From Lepidodermella squamata (taxonomy: Eukaryota; Animalia; Gastrotricha), in assembly GCA_047495785.1 (NCBI GenBank), contig JBLDXI010000020.1:2046001-2110000 (forward strand): DNA of 64,000 nucleotides, read 5' to 3'. The notes beneath the pieces are model-generated. The model had not been told where the DNA came from. It saw only the letters and a program-made list of their open reading frames with translations, and did not search any database. Position numbers and translations under genes: made by a program. Each line of letters begins with the position of its first letter. The first letter of the stretch is position 1. This document shows positions 24,742 through 36,951 of this stretch, in pieces.

Positions 24742-27215
24742 ATGATCTACAACCAAGACATCATCGACTTCTATCGGCCCTCCAACGCCGTTTCTACATC
24801 ACTGCAGCAAGCGCCTGCAATCGTCCAAAGTTATGGCTCATCTTATCCCACCAGTGGAACTCTTTGTTTGGTTTGTTTACACGCCAAATTCTTGATTTTA
24901 ACGGTACTATTTTGTCCTAAAAGGTGTGTAATTCTCGAAAGCCTTGTCCGAGTGTTCGCAGCAAGCAGCCGACGATTTGCGAGGCCTGCAAGGTGATATA
25001 AAAAAAAATCTGATTAAACTCATCAACCTGTTATTTTTTTTATAGAAATTTTTCCTCCGACATCGCGATCTTAAAGTACAGCAAGGTTTGCAATGTGCAA
25101 CCGGGCGTGGCGATTGCGACGTCACGGTCACGGCCAAACGTCCGTGTTCTTCTTGCCGCCTAGCCAAGTGCTTCAACATCGGCATGCGGTTTGAAGGTTT
25201 TCTTATTGAATTCCAAATTTAGATGAAATAAAATCAACCATAATTTTAGACTACCCAATGCGGACAAAGGCGAGTAAGCGATCTCTGACGGGTAACGTCA
25301 TCTCGCCTTCCCAACTTCGCCAGCAGCAGATGCTTCAAATGCGAGCCGATCAGTCTTACGCCAATACGACACCTGGCGGGTTTTCGATGAGTAAACGAAA
25401 ATCTATTTCGAGCAACAGCGACTCATCACCGCCGAATGACGACCAATACGCAGGAAGCCCGGAAGGTTCTTCTGGCAAAAGTGATTCGCCCGAGCAGGCT
25501 GATTGCGAGTATGACGAAATTTTCGACTTGACGTCAACGGGCGCTGCTGGCCCGTCGTCAGGCAATGCCATGGCGATTGTTTCTATTCCGCAAGGCCTCG
25601 CGCTTACTGGCTTCTGTGAAGATTTGCTTCAAAAATCGTTAAGAGCCCTATCTGAACTATCTGCATTCGAAACAGTTCGTTTTTTAGCCCGCATAATTAG
25701 GGTTTCAGAACATATGCGTGTCTCAGACGGAGCCTTTTTTAGCTGGCGTTTTTCCAATAATTAGGCATTTCAAAATTCTAGACTGATGGCGGGATGAATC
25801 ATTTAAATTAAGTTAATGGGAATGGGAACTTCATCGATCCTTGGGACCTTTTATTTTTAATGCTAAAATCTTCGAATTTGCTAAATTTCGATTTTTCATT
25901 TCGCTAGCTACCTCTCCGGCGTCAGATCGATCGAATTCCCGATGAAAACACATGGTGGCAGTTGAAAATGGAACATTTCCAAGCCGCTGCCAGGAGCGCA
26001 ACGGCCTATGTTCGCCAACTTCCATGTTCGATCCGCCTTAAAAATTATTATTTCCTAAATAAAATTGTAATTTTTTCAGCCTTCACCACAATTCCGTTAG
26101 CTGATCGTCCTGTCCTATTCGCTAATGCTCTGTACCCGTTATTAATCGCCGATTTGGCGCTACCTTCTCAGCCACGTGGCCTATCGTTTCTCGGCATGAA
26201 TGAGCGAAATCGGGCCGAATTTTTGCGGCTTTTCTCCGAATTTCAGATGCTTTACGATGACACGAATCGAATCACCGAAGTTTTCGCGCAATGGTGCCCG
26301 ACCATGTTCGAATTCGCCATCCTTGCCGCTCTGCTATTTTACGAACGTAAGTCATCAAAATTTACATTTCTCGAATTCAAAGCACTTGAAATCGATCAAT
26401 TGAAGTGACAAAATTGTTAGTGAGGCTCTTTTGATCAAACATTCACCCTTTTAATGAAACGGGTCATCATCTACCCATTTCTTCCTAGACAGTTTGGACG
26501 GTTGTGTGAGAATCTAAATTCGGACATTTCGATTTTCACATGACATTTCACGTGATATTATAATTGAGATGAAAATTGATTGATCACTTAATATGAACAA
26601 ATTTTATCGTAAACAGCCTGTTTCCCCGGTCTGCAGTGCGCGGATATGGTCCGGCAGGTTCACGACCAGTTGAAATCCTTACTCCACGTCTACCTGCCGA
26701 AGCAGTGCTCGAACCCGAAACTGGTCAACTGGCGGCTGGAACAGTTCGAAATCGCCTTCAGCATGCTGCGACGCGCCTCGGTCGACCATTGTTTAGCCAT
26801 TGAAATGCTGGCTCGGCGGCGACCGGGTTTCGTGTCGATGAACGACTTGTTCTTCGAAGTTTTCACGCACACGCAACGCGCCATCAGCTTAATGTCCCAG
26901 CAGCGCCAGGACACCCAATCACCGTCGTCAACCGCGTCATCGTCCTCCTCCTCAGGCAGTCCGGGTCATGAAATTAGAGAGCGGCCCTTGGTTCTCGCCC
27001 CACTGCCTCCGCCTCAGCAGTACGCCCCGCAGAATTACCTAGCAACCGGCACGTCCGGGATTGTGTCGAATTTCGACTACAACAGTATTTCCGACAACGC
27101 CAACCCGGATAGTGACGAGACGTACTTGAGTTTTGAGCACGCTTTCAGCCACCCGCCGACTTCAACGAGTAGTGTAACGACGTCATCTTACTGGCAACCG
27201 GCCAGCTATACCTGA
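24742..27215 (+). CDS. Full-length nuclear receptor (atypical C4 DBD with CEACKK P-box plus LBD), ~585 aa
   Basis: Exons 24742-24870, 24924-24992, 25046-25196, 25250-25674, 25908-26025, 26080-26346, 26617-27215 join in frame. DBD CLVC-x16-CEACKKFFLR..CATGRGDC-x9-CSSCRLAKCFNIGM; LBD YVRQLPSFTTIPLADRPVLF, WCPTMFEFAILAALLFY, DLFFEVF. Confidence 0.9.
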
Positions 27216-27477
27216 CATTTCGTATCATCTTGTTTTATTGTGCAATATGGCGTGTCAATTCTGTATGTCCCTTTGTAAATGTCTCCAATTTTTACAACTT
27301 CTCGATAAATTTCGCACAATAAAAAATCATGAATGTATAAACGAAAACTCGGTCAATTTATTTTTTTCTTCTCGCAAAAAGTGTGTATAAAACAACGCGG
27401 TAATAAAGCGGAACAAAAAAGTTGAGCAAAATTATTGAAAAAGCCGGAAATTGACAATAAATGGTGGCGGTGATGAT

Positions 27478-30400
27478 TCACAGTTTGAGGCCGGCGCCTT
27501 TGCTTTTGTCCTCTCGGTAGCAAATCACGTAACGCTGAGCGACTGGAAATGGCGGCGACAGGTGATCCTGAAACATAAAAAATGGTGGGTTAAAAATTGC
27601 AGGTAAAAAAATGAAAATTGAAATTTTATTTAAATTCAAAATAAATTTTAAATTTTAAATTCAGATTTTTTCAATCATTTCTACTGATTTATCGAATCGA
27701 ATTTTTTTCAATCGATAATTAATTTCCACTTTTCAAGGGGACAAAAAATGTACCTCAAAATTTACCGATTAAATTAATTTTAATATTTGTGACTTTAATT
27801 ACCGGGTAGCAATCGTCTTCGAACAGGATTTGGTAAGGGTCGCGAACCCGTCGCGGGGGCCTATCGACGACGCCCTTGTAAAAGCACGTTGTCTGCGGGT
27901 ACAGAGCGAGAACGACCGTTCCAGGTGCGAATAACGAGTCCGCATGCGTCTTTGGATTGGCACGCCACAACGGCAACGGGATAACGCGACGACGGCTGAG
28001 CACGTGAATCCTTATAACACAGGATAATTCGCAAATTTAGAACAAAAACACGCTTCATAATAAAGAGAACTAAATTAGACTGAAATTGCATCGAAAAGTC
28101 AACGTCTGATATCCCTAAAACTATCAACTTTTTTAGGAATAGGAACAGATTAGAACAGAACCGAAAAGAACCGAAATAGGAACAGATTAGTCGAAAATCC
28201 AAGGTTAGAGAAACATAGAAAAATCTCGAAATTAATCGGGAAATTTTATTCGAAAGCTTTTTATGTTGAATATTTTTATCGAAAATTAAGATTTAAAGGT
28301 GGATGGGTGATTTTGATTTTCGAAATTCAGACTCCTGATTTTCCTTCAATTCTGAGAATTTTTACGTGGTGTTTGGCACAGCGCCGTTTCAACCCATGAA
28401 ATTCTTCTCATCCATTTTAAAGTTACCTGATTTTTCATTATGCTAAATTCCACCATCGAATTTTCACTCATTTTTTAATTCAGAGTCTTAAAGACATTTT
28501 TTTCAAAAAATATTTGATCTTAAAAAATCAGGGGTTCGAAATTTAAATTCCCACTGGATTTTTTCGGAGAATTTTCTGAGAAATTTACGATAAACGACTT
28601 TCCGATTAGCTTACTTTCGTTCTTTTGTTTTCTTCTTGACGCCTGACAACGGATTTTGTGTTTAAAAATTTGCTTTATCCAAAAATGAGATTTTTGGATG
28701 TTTAATCACGAAAAGCCTGAAGTCTGGATGATTTTTTAAAAATTAATAAAAAATCCAGCTTAATATAAAAAATTGAATAAAATGAGAAAACGAACTGTTT
28801 TCCATCCTCAGCATCGATATCCACAACTTCGTACTTGCTAGTCGCTTGGTTGAAGCACGAAACCTCAGCTAGAATCCAATTTTCATCCGCATCATCCGCA
28901 TCTTCACTGCGCACCTTCGCCGCGACCATATCGCCCGGCTTCGCTAGGTAGTAAGAATCAACCGATTCGGCTCCGCACAACGGCGGCGGTTCATCGTCCG
29001 GGTCGTTGATCGGCGGAATCCACACGGGAAGGTTTTCAGCCTGGCGCATGAGAAGAGCCATGAGGACACCGCGCCGAATCGGCGGCTGGCCTGTTCCGAG
29101 TGATAGCGAACCCAGGGTGTTGCTACCCGTCGGATTTTGAGGGGTGACGAGGCCTAGACCAGGCGGGGCTGATTCGCGCACGATTTGATTGCACAGGGCA
29201 ATGGCGGATTGGAGAGCCTGTGCTTCGTTTTTCGCCTCATTTAACGCATTAGACAGGAGACTCCTCAGACGAGATCTGGCATAACCTGAAGAAGCCGATG
29301 GCGAGCCTGCCCGGCCTTGACTGCAAAATTGTTGAACAATTTTAATTTCAATATTTTTCAAATTTTTGCATTCATTTTTTATGTTTGTTTTTTTCCAGTA
29401 AGCGCAAAACAGCGCGAACTTGATGCACGATTGAACGTGTGAAAAATTCGATTAAGATGTACAGTAATTGCAAGTTTTATTCAATTAGGGCGCTAATTGT
29501 GACAATTACTAATGGAATTAATAGAACGTCGCCATGCACGTCAATTAGGAATTTTTTTCACGCGTGGAAAATTAGATAAAAATCCCAACCAATAGCGAAA
29601 AGTCGAGCAATAAGAATTCCTGTTGAATTCGGAAAAATCACAACCTTAATTTATGAGCCTGAAAATACGCCTTATTTCGCTGGGTTTATTCGTTTAGCTT
29701 CCTCGAACCCTCAGGTGTGTGGCAAATTTGCCATGTTCGCTCCGAAGACCAATAAATCACTGATTGGCAAAATCGATATCGGTATTTCAGTTCGAAATAA
29801 ACCTCGTAAATTGACCTCAAATATCGAGAAATACGAAAAAATATGTGATAATAAAAAAGACGTCCAACTTGAAAAATCTTATTTAGGAAAGTGTTGGAGC
29901 CTCAAAATCAAGAATCGAACGAAAATCGAAAGCTACAACCCATTAAGCAATCGACACGCGGCTTCATTGCAAACAAAACTTATTTTTTTTGGTATTTACG
30001 CATCGTTGCAACAATTTCTCTGAAATTTTACTATACTGGAACTTTTCCAACATGCCGATTTTGATGAGTCCAAATGTGCCAGGGTCGAACGGCTGATAAC
30101 TGCTACGGAACTCCAAATCAAGGAACAAGTCACCACGGAAGTTGTCAAGCTCAAGTTTGAAGTCGAGTAACTCCAAGCGATTCATCTCAAACAATCCTCG
30201 AGATTTACAAGGATCTTGGATTGATTGTTGATGAAAAATCATCTTTTAAAGGCCAGGGTTATGAAGCCATCAAAGAGGCGTACCTCAGGGCTAATTTTAT
30301 TGTACGCGCCCTCAAAGGGCAATTAGCTGAAACCTTTTGCCACTGTTTGCCCTCTTCTTGAGTATTATTCTAGCATTTGGTCTTCATTTTTGAAAAAAAC

Positions 30401-31225
30401 ATTTTTGCGTTAGATAAGTGCAGTCTTATTTTACGATAATATTCGATCATTTTGGGTCTAAACACCCAGCTGATCGCAACCTTTTTTAGGAAATTCATCT
30501 AATTTTTGTTCATTTTAATTACCAGGATAAAATCGCCTATCATTTATCCGCGATTTTACCAAAAAATAAACAAAATTTACCGGGGAATACCCGAAAAATC
30601 CCGATGGTAACTGGTTCGGTAATTTTCGGTATTTTTACCCAGTTGTACTTAATTTCCCGAGATATTTTTTTTCCAATTGCCAAGTGAAATTCTTCTATTG
30701 CTAGTCTTGTTGCATTTTGAATTATTCCAAGGATTTTGGCCATGAGATATAACTTCGCCTCTCATTTTACAGTTTTTGATTCCTTTTCCGTGTATTTTGT
30801 TTGTTTGCGTTACATATGGGACACGCTGTAGCTCTGATATCTTCTGAATTCTCTGAGATTTTCTGGCAAAAACATGTTATGCTTTTTATTATTTCTTATA
30901 ATATAAAAAATGACTCTTATTGATGCAAGCATACCTACCTATCGGATGTTGAGTTGAGCTTCATTTTAGCGCGCTCAATATTTTCCAACGTATGCACCAT
31001 GCCATCCATTTTTTCCTTCACAGTATTAAGCTGCTTCGACAGCTCTTTCATCGACCGTTGCACCTCATTGGACGCAGCCGGTGACAGGGCTGATGACGGA
31101 GTTTGCGACACTCCGCCGCCCGAGCTCAACAACGATGTCGACGAGGGCGTCGCAGTTATCGAGGCATTTAGCGCTGGCCCGGATTTTTGGTCACCCGGTA
31201 GATCCTGTCTGCGTTTTGTCTTCAT
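27478..31225 (-). CDS. SGF29: SAGA-associated factor 29 (tandem Tudor, CCDC101)
   Basis: Exons 31225-30939, 29320-28796, 28010-27803, 27567-27478. Motifs RRGVLMALL, PPPLCGA, GDMVAAKV, NWILAEV, YEVVDID, LSRRRVIPLP, VLALYPQTTCFYKG, VAQRYVI. Confidence 0.95.
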
Positions 31226-31393
31226 CAATTAAACCCTATAATATCACATTATTGTCATCTTTCAAGGTCATCTTTGTTGTTATCATCTCTTTTCTTTCTT
31301 CCTATTATTAATATTATTGTTATCATTTCAATTTCTCAGACAAAACAAAAAGCCGCGAGGCATTTCATTGTTTATTCACTCTCTCTCTCTCTC

Positions 31394-33679
31394 TCACAAC
31401 GCCGCCGGAACTTTCCTTGCCGCACTGTTAGATGAGGTCACTTTGTGCTCGGCATTGTTCGGCGTCCACGGGCCGGCGCTTTTGTTCGAGTAAAAGTCCA
31501 TCGGATAGTGGTCGCCCTTCCACTCGGTCTGGCCGAGTGCGACCGCAAGTTCGTAAGAGGTCAGCAGTGGCTTGTCGCAAAACGCAGCGCCCCAGTCAAT
31601 GGACAACCGGGGACAAGAAGTCTGAATCCACCTTAAAAAAAAATTATTCAAAATTTTAAATAAATCTTAGGAAATATTTGAAATTTTCAATTATATTTTG
31701 AAAAATTCAAATAAATTTTCGTCGTGATTTTCAGTAAAAGGCCAGGTCATCAATTTCAAAACCCGACGTCATCGCGATATGAAAAATATTTAATTTTCAA
31801 GTGTAACATTTTGAAAATTTGGTTCCGCTAAAATATATATTGTTTCCAATTTTTCGAGGGTGTTCAAAAATTCAGAATTCAATATTTAACCCAAATTCAA
31901 GTGTGTTTGCTTGTCTTCGTCGAGTGTTTTCTTAATGATTTATTGTTTTCCCGCATAAACAAGCCCGTTGGTATATAGGCCGCCGCCGCCGCAAGCTAGA
32001 TAAACAGCTTTTTTTCTAGTCGGTAAACACAAGACACTTTTTCCGTCAAAAATATTTGTGTCTCACTTATACACTAAGCTTTTTCTATGGATGAAAAAAG
32101 TGCAAGCAGCTCAAAAAAACCCAAAAAATTAAAAATTTCAGTTTTTAAGGAGGATTTTTTGGGTCTTCCTGTTAGCGGAACCAAATTTGCTGTGAGCGGA
32201 ACCAAATTTTAGACTTTTTTAGTGCCCTGAAATCACTTTTCGAATATTTATCGCAGGTCAAGATTGGCCAAAATAATTCTAGAAAATTCATCAGTGAATT
32301 CAGCGCAATATTCTATATAAGACGGAGTGTTCAATTCAGAATTTATGCTTAGCCTAAAATTCTTGGAAATATTCAAAAACTGACTCTTGGCATATTTCGA
32401 ACTTGGTTCCGCTACAGCATATTTGGTTCCGATACAGCAAATTTGGTTCCGCTCATCGTAAATTTGATTCCGCTAAAAGATTTTCCGTTTTTTCCATTTT
32501 TTTCTGACTTACACATCAATTCCCTGAAATTGCTGCAAATGTTCCGGGCTGATTTCCGACACCAAAACCGTAACACACTCCTTGCCAGCCTCCTCGATTT
32601 TCCTCTGTAGCCATTTTATAACACCCATCGAGCCTTGCCGGCCCAGGGTGCCTACAACGATGCCAAAAGTTTTAGCCTGGCGAGCTTTTTCGATCGCAAC
32701 ACTCCTCGCCGCGAGAACTTCTTTCGCGCCATATTCTTCGAGGGTCAACTTTTTCGTATACGGGTCGTATTGATAGGTCGGTAGATGCGGGTTGGACAGC
32801 ATCATACCCTCCAAATGAAACCGACCGTCGCCGAAGTATATCAAAATATCAGCATTTTCGGCAAAACGAGGCGCGGTACAGCCTAGAACTTCACCGGGGC
32901 TTAGCGGTCGAGAATGCGCGAAATCCACCTTAAAGCCAAGACTTTCCAGCGCAGGCTTAGCTGCCTGGATGCTATTGACAAATTGAATCGTCGAAAATAG
33001 CACCAATTTTTGGGTCGGTTCAAAGTTAGCTTTCACCAACTCGACAAAATGTTCGTGATCAAAGGCGATTGTCACGAAAACGTACATGACAGTAATACCG
33101 GGCAGCATTTGATCAACCGGCACTAGGCAACTGTGGCCATAGTGGACCAGGAAATCGGCGCCTAGCGCCCGCGCCGTGAAATCATCGACGCAGCAAGCGC
33201 CGTAAACAGCATCACTGAAAGCGACAAAACGCATTGATTTTTTGGTAAAAAAAAATGTCCGGTGCGAAATAAATACCTCAAAATCACACAATCAGCTTGA
33301 GTGAACCTGGATAAATTACAAAATTTCCGGCTGAGCAAAAATCAATTGAATAAGCCGCAGGGTTTACTTTTCAATTATATCTGACAGCGTGCAGGCATAG
33401 ATTTGCAGACCCTCCGGAAATTGAAGAGCAACTTGAGCCAAAATACAAAATGATATATCATACTAATAGGTATAACGCTTTTATTACCCCGAGTCGCGTT
33501 CGCTTTTTGTATGCGCCAAATAGTTTTGTGCACTTCAAAATTATAGTTAGCGGGAAGCTGAAATCGATAAAACCAATCAATAGATTTAACCGATTTTTTT
33601 CTCTATACAAGCTTACCTTTTCCATATATTTACGCAGCTCTTCGTTATTTTTTATCGAGTCTGGGACTTGATTAGCCAT
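31394..33679 (-). CDS. DPH1: Diphthamide biosynthesis protein 1
   Basis: Multi-exon. Motifs [81 protein letters not shown]. Confidence 0.95.
32172..32475. repeat. Small inverted/tandem repeat family (TTAGCGGAACCAAA motif)
   Basis: Two tandem ~21-bp units at 32172 face four inverted units at 32403-32475; a related inverted pair at ~45541 and ~45790-45805. Confidence 0.6.
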
Positions 33680-34345
33680 TGCTGCGAATTTTATATAAAT
33701 CGACCTAATTTCAAAAAGGAAGAAGGTTTGATCCAGTTCCTTCACTTTATTTTCCTCCTCTTCATAATTACGGTACGAATTTTGGCGCAATATACCCCGC
33801 GATTTTTTCCAATAAGTGTGAAAAAAACTTGCCCTCGGACAGGACAAAACACGGCAATGAGACGATGATATGTAAATGAAATAAGAATATACATACATAA
33901 CAACAAGACTGTGGAAAACGAAACAAAAAGCAGCCCACCAAATCATGCATTGCCGATCATTTCCAACATGTAAGCACATATATAACACAACAAATAAGAG
34001 TGTATCATCATCATCAGCAGCAGACAATTCATTTAGTGACGCTCCGATTGACTTGGATTTCTTCACGAGACACAAATATCAATCACAGAATGAATAGAAA
34101 AATGGAGTCGCCTAACAAGATCGCTGTTTTGCACGACGAACAAAAACAAGTACAAGATTCGACTTTGATGCTACGCTACGCTACCTTCATTGAATTGAAA
34201 TAAAAATAATTTGCATTATTATTTGATGGTCGAAATATATGAATCTCTCTTTTTATATCGATAAAATTTCCAACTTGATGACGAAAACCGGTAGATGTAA
34301 ATAAACGGCAATTTTACAAGAATTTTTTTTTGCGAAAATTCCAGC

Positions 34346-36263
34346 TTAAACATCTGTTGAGACCCTGTTGTTTTTATTATGTTGAGCGGCTTCGTTTGCC
34401 TCCAAGGCGGCTAGTGATTGCTCTGTGATGGATTTAACGGCACTTCTTGTTACGTAAGGCGTGTTTGGAGCGCTAGTTGCATCAATCATTGGTATTTCGG
34501 CTGGTGGGTTGAGTAGAGAGCGGCGAGACGTGCTAGCGTCAATCAATTTCGCACGGCTATCGTTACCACCGCCACCGCTAATAGAGTCGGGAAAAACTAC
34601 GATCGGGTCTTGGCAACACTGGTGGGCGGCGCAGTCGGATAACCCGTTGTTTTCTTCGTCTTTCGACGAACAATCGACCAGGCAAGTTCCGTCGGTTTCT
34701 TCCGGGTATAAATCAATAAATTCTGGCTGTAGAGTCAGCGAGTGGATGCCTTCTTGGTGAAAAATGTGCTTAACTGCAGCTGCCACTTTCATATAATCGG
34801 CAGCTTTTGAAACGGCTATATGAACAGTGGCAACCAATCGTTTCGACGTAAGCTAAATACATGAAAAAATCATGATAAGGTGATAACAAGTTTTCAATAA
34901 AATTACCTGCCAGACATGAAGCTCATGAATTGAAGCAATACCAGGTACTTCGTTAACAATTCTTTTACCCAAAGCGTCCGTGCTAACGCCCTGAGGTAGC
35001 GTTTGGAGCAAAATAAGCATAGTATCTTTCACTGGAAAATAATTAGAATTAAAGCTAAGCTCCGAGTCAAATGAAAAACTCACGTATTGACCCACGAGTT
35101 CCGACGACGAAAATCACAACAAGAATTGCTAAAGCTGGATCTGCTAGATGAAAATTTGGTATCTCCGAGCCGTAAAGCCAAATAAAACTCGAGCAAATCG
35201 CGACGACGCAGGCGAAAAATGAACCCGACGTATCGAGCAAGAACGTTCTAAGCCACGCTTTGTTGTAAAGAGGGTGCCCTGCTTTGACAACAGGAACGAC
35301 TGGCTCATCGATCGACATGTGGTGGTTTTGCCAGGAATGTAAGAACTTCGACCACGGGTTTATGTTGAAATAAGGATCAGCGATGAGAGCCTCGGCCTGT
35401 GGGCCTAGAGAATTCGAACAACTGAGCTTGTGCCACAAGTAACCTGGGGTAAAAGGAAAGCAAAGAGGAAATTGCAAGCAGTGTGTCAGTGGCAAGTGCT
35501 GAAAGTTTAATTGATTTAGTAGTCATATAGTTGCTGTCCCCAACACCCTAGTGCCGTCTCGTTCGGCCTGTGAGGGTGGTTATAAATAAAGCAACCCGTG
35601 TAGTTTGATAAATATAGGTATTGGTTCCCTCGTGACAGCAAGCTGCGGTAAAGTGGGAATTTCCGGGCTTTACTTACCATGAAGATGGTACAATAACACC
35701 ACGAAAACCTGCACGACAAGGGCGCCGATGCTCACAAATAGAACTTGGTAGCCGACCAGTCGAGGGTTGTCGTGAGGATCAGTACCTAATAAAACACAGA
35801 TAATAATACACCAGGCCGATAGCGCGCCTGTCACAATACCTGGGTGGCCTTGATGATGAGTGACAGGAACTTCAGTGGTGGTGTATTCGTCAAACCCTTC
35901 AATGCCAGTTTCTGGTAACATGGTTGATGAATTTGACGCGACAGTAAGTTTGACGAACGCTTGCAAGCTCTCAACCAGTACGTTGAAGAACAACCCGAAT
36001 AAGAATATTTGGTTTACAACAGTCCCGATGAGACCTGCGCGGACGAAGCCGAAGGTGTAGATGCTGTCGTCATCGCGAGACGTTGTTTTTTGGAGCATTA
36101 TAAATTCGGTTATGATAGCCACGAAGTTAGAAAATGCAAGACTTGCAATGATGAAAAGAAGAAACGACTCGCATATGTACTTTCCGATTACCACGACAAC
36201 AACCGCAGTGCTAAAAGCGACCGCGGCCGAGAACAGCAATCGTATTCTGGCTTTAACAAACAT
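34346..36263 (-). CDS. Divergent SLC30/CDF (ZnT1/10-like) transporter lacking canonical metal-site residues
   Basis: YTFGFVRAGLIGTVVNQIFL, ADPALAIL, LLQTLP, IHELHVWQ, ATVHI, IFHQEGIHSLTLQPEF; at least 4 exons. Confidence 0.85.
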
Positions 36264-36951
36264 TTTAACACTCTAAGAAAACAAAACAAAACAAATCAAA
36301 AAGAGATAAGAATTAGAAGGACACATGCGATTCACTACGCAAACGGCTGACGATGAAGTATAGGTTTTAAACGTCACTAGCTGTGGTTTCATGTTGGATA
36401 AGGGTAACTCAAAAAAATATGTCTCGCAATTTGCAACACAGCTTTTCCCTTTCGTGTTCTGCGTTCCATTTTTTAGCAATCGGACAAAGAAGAAACGTTG
36501 GGCACATGAGATAGAATTTTTTAGCTTCAGCATAAGTCATACCGCTGACCGCGGCGATCAAGTATGCGGTATACACGGTACAGTTGAGGGTTGAACTCTG
36601 AACTTTCGCGGTTCAAAAAGATTCAAAAAATGGGTCGATCTTAAAATTAATACAAATTGATTTACACACGTTTATAAAACATAATCGTCCAAAAACAATG
36701 AGCTACACAAAATTAAGCGTTAGCAATTGTAAAAATAAATATTTTAAAATATATTTTATCCATGGAATAGGGGGTTGGTAACGAGCCGGTCTTTTGGGGA
36801 ACCTCCCAAGATTGGCATTTGTTGTGGAAGCTGGTCCAGCAGTTTGTCGTTTGACGGACCGACTAGCTTTTGTGAAAAAAATTGTGATATCTTTGCATCG
36901 CGCTGTCTTATATCGGTTTCTTTGTAACTCTAAGAAGGCTTCAAAATCAAA

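Noticed and set aside
33680-34075. N-terminal part of the 205-aa minus-strand ORF
   Set aside because: Low-complexity UTR/intergenic read-through; DPH1 similarity starts at MANQ (33679)
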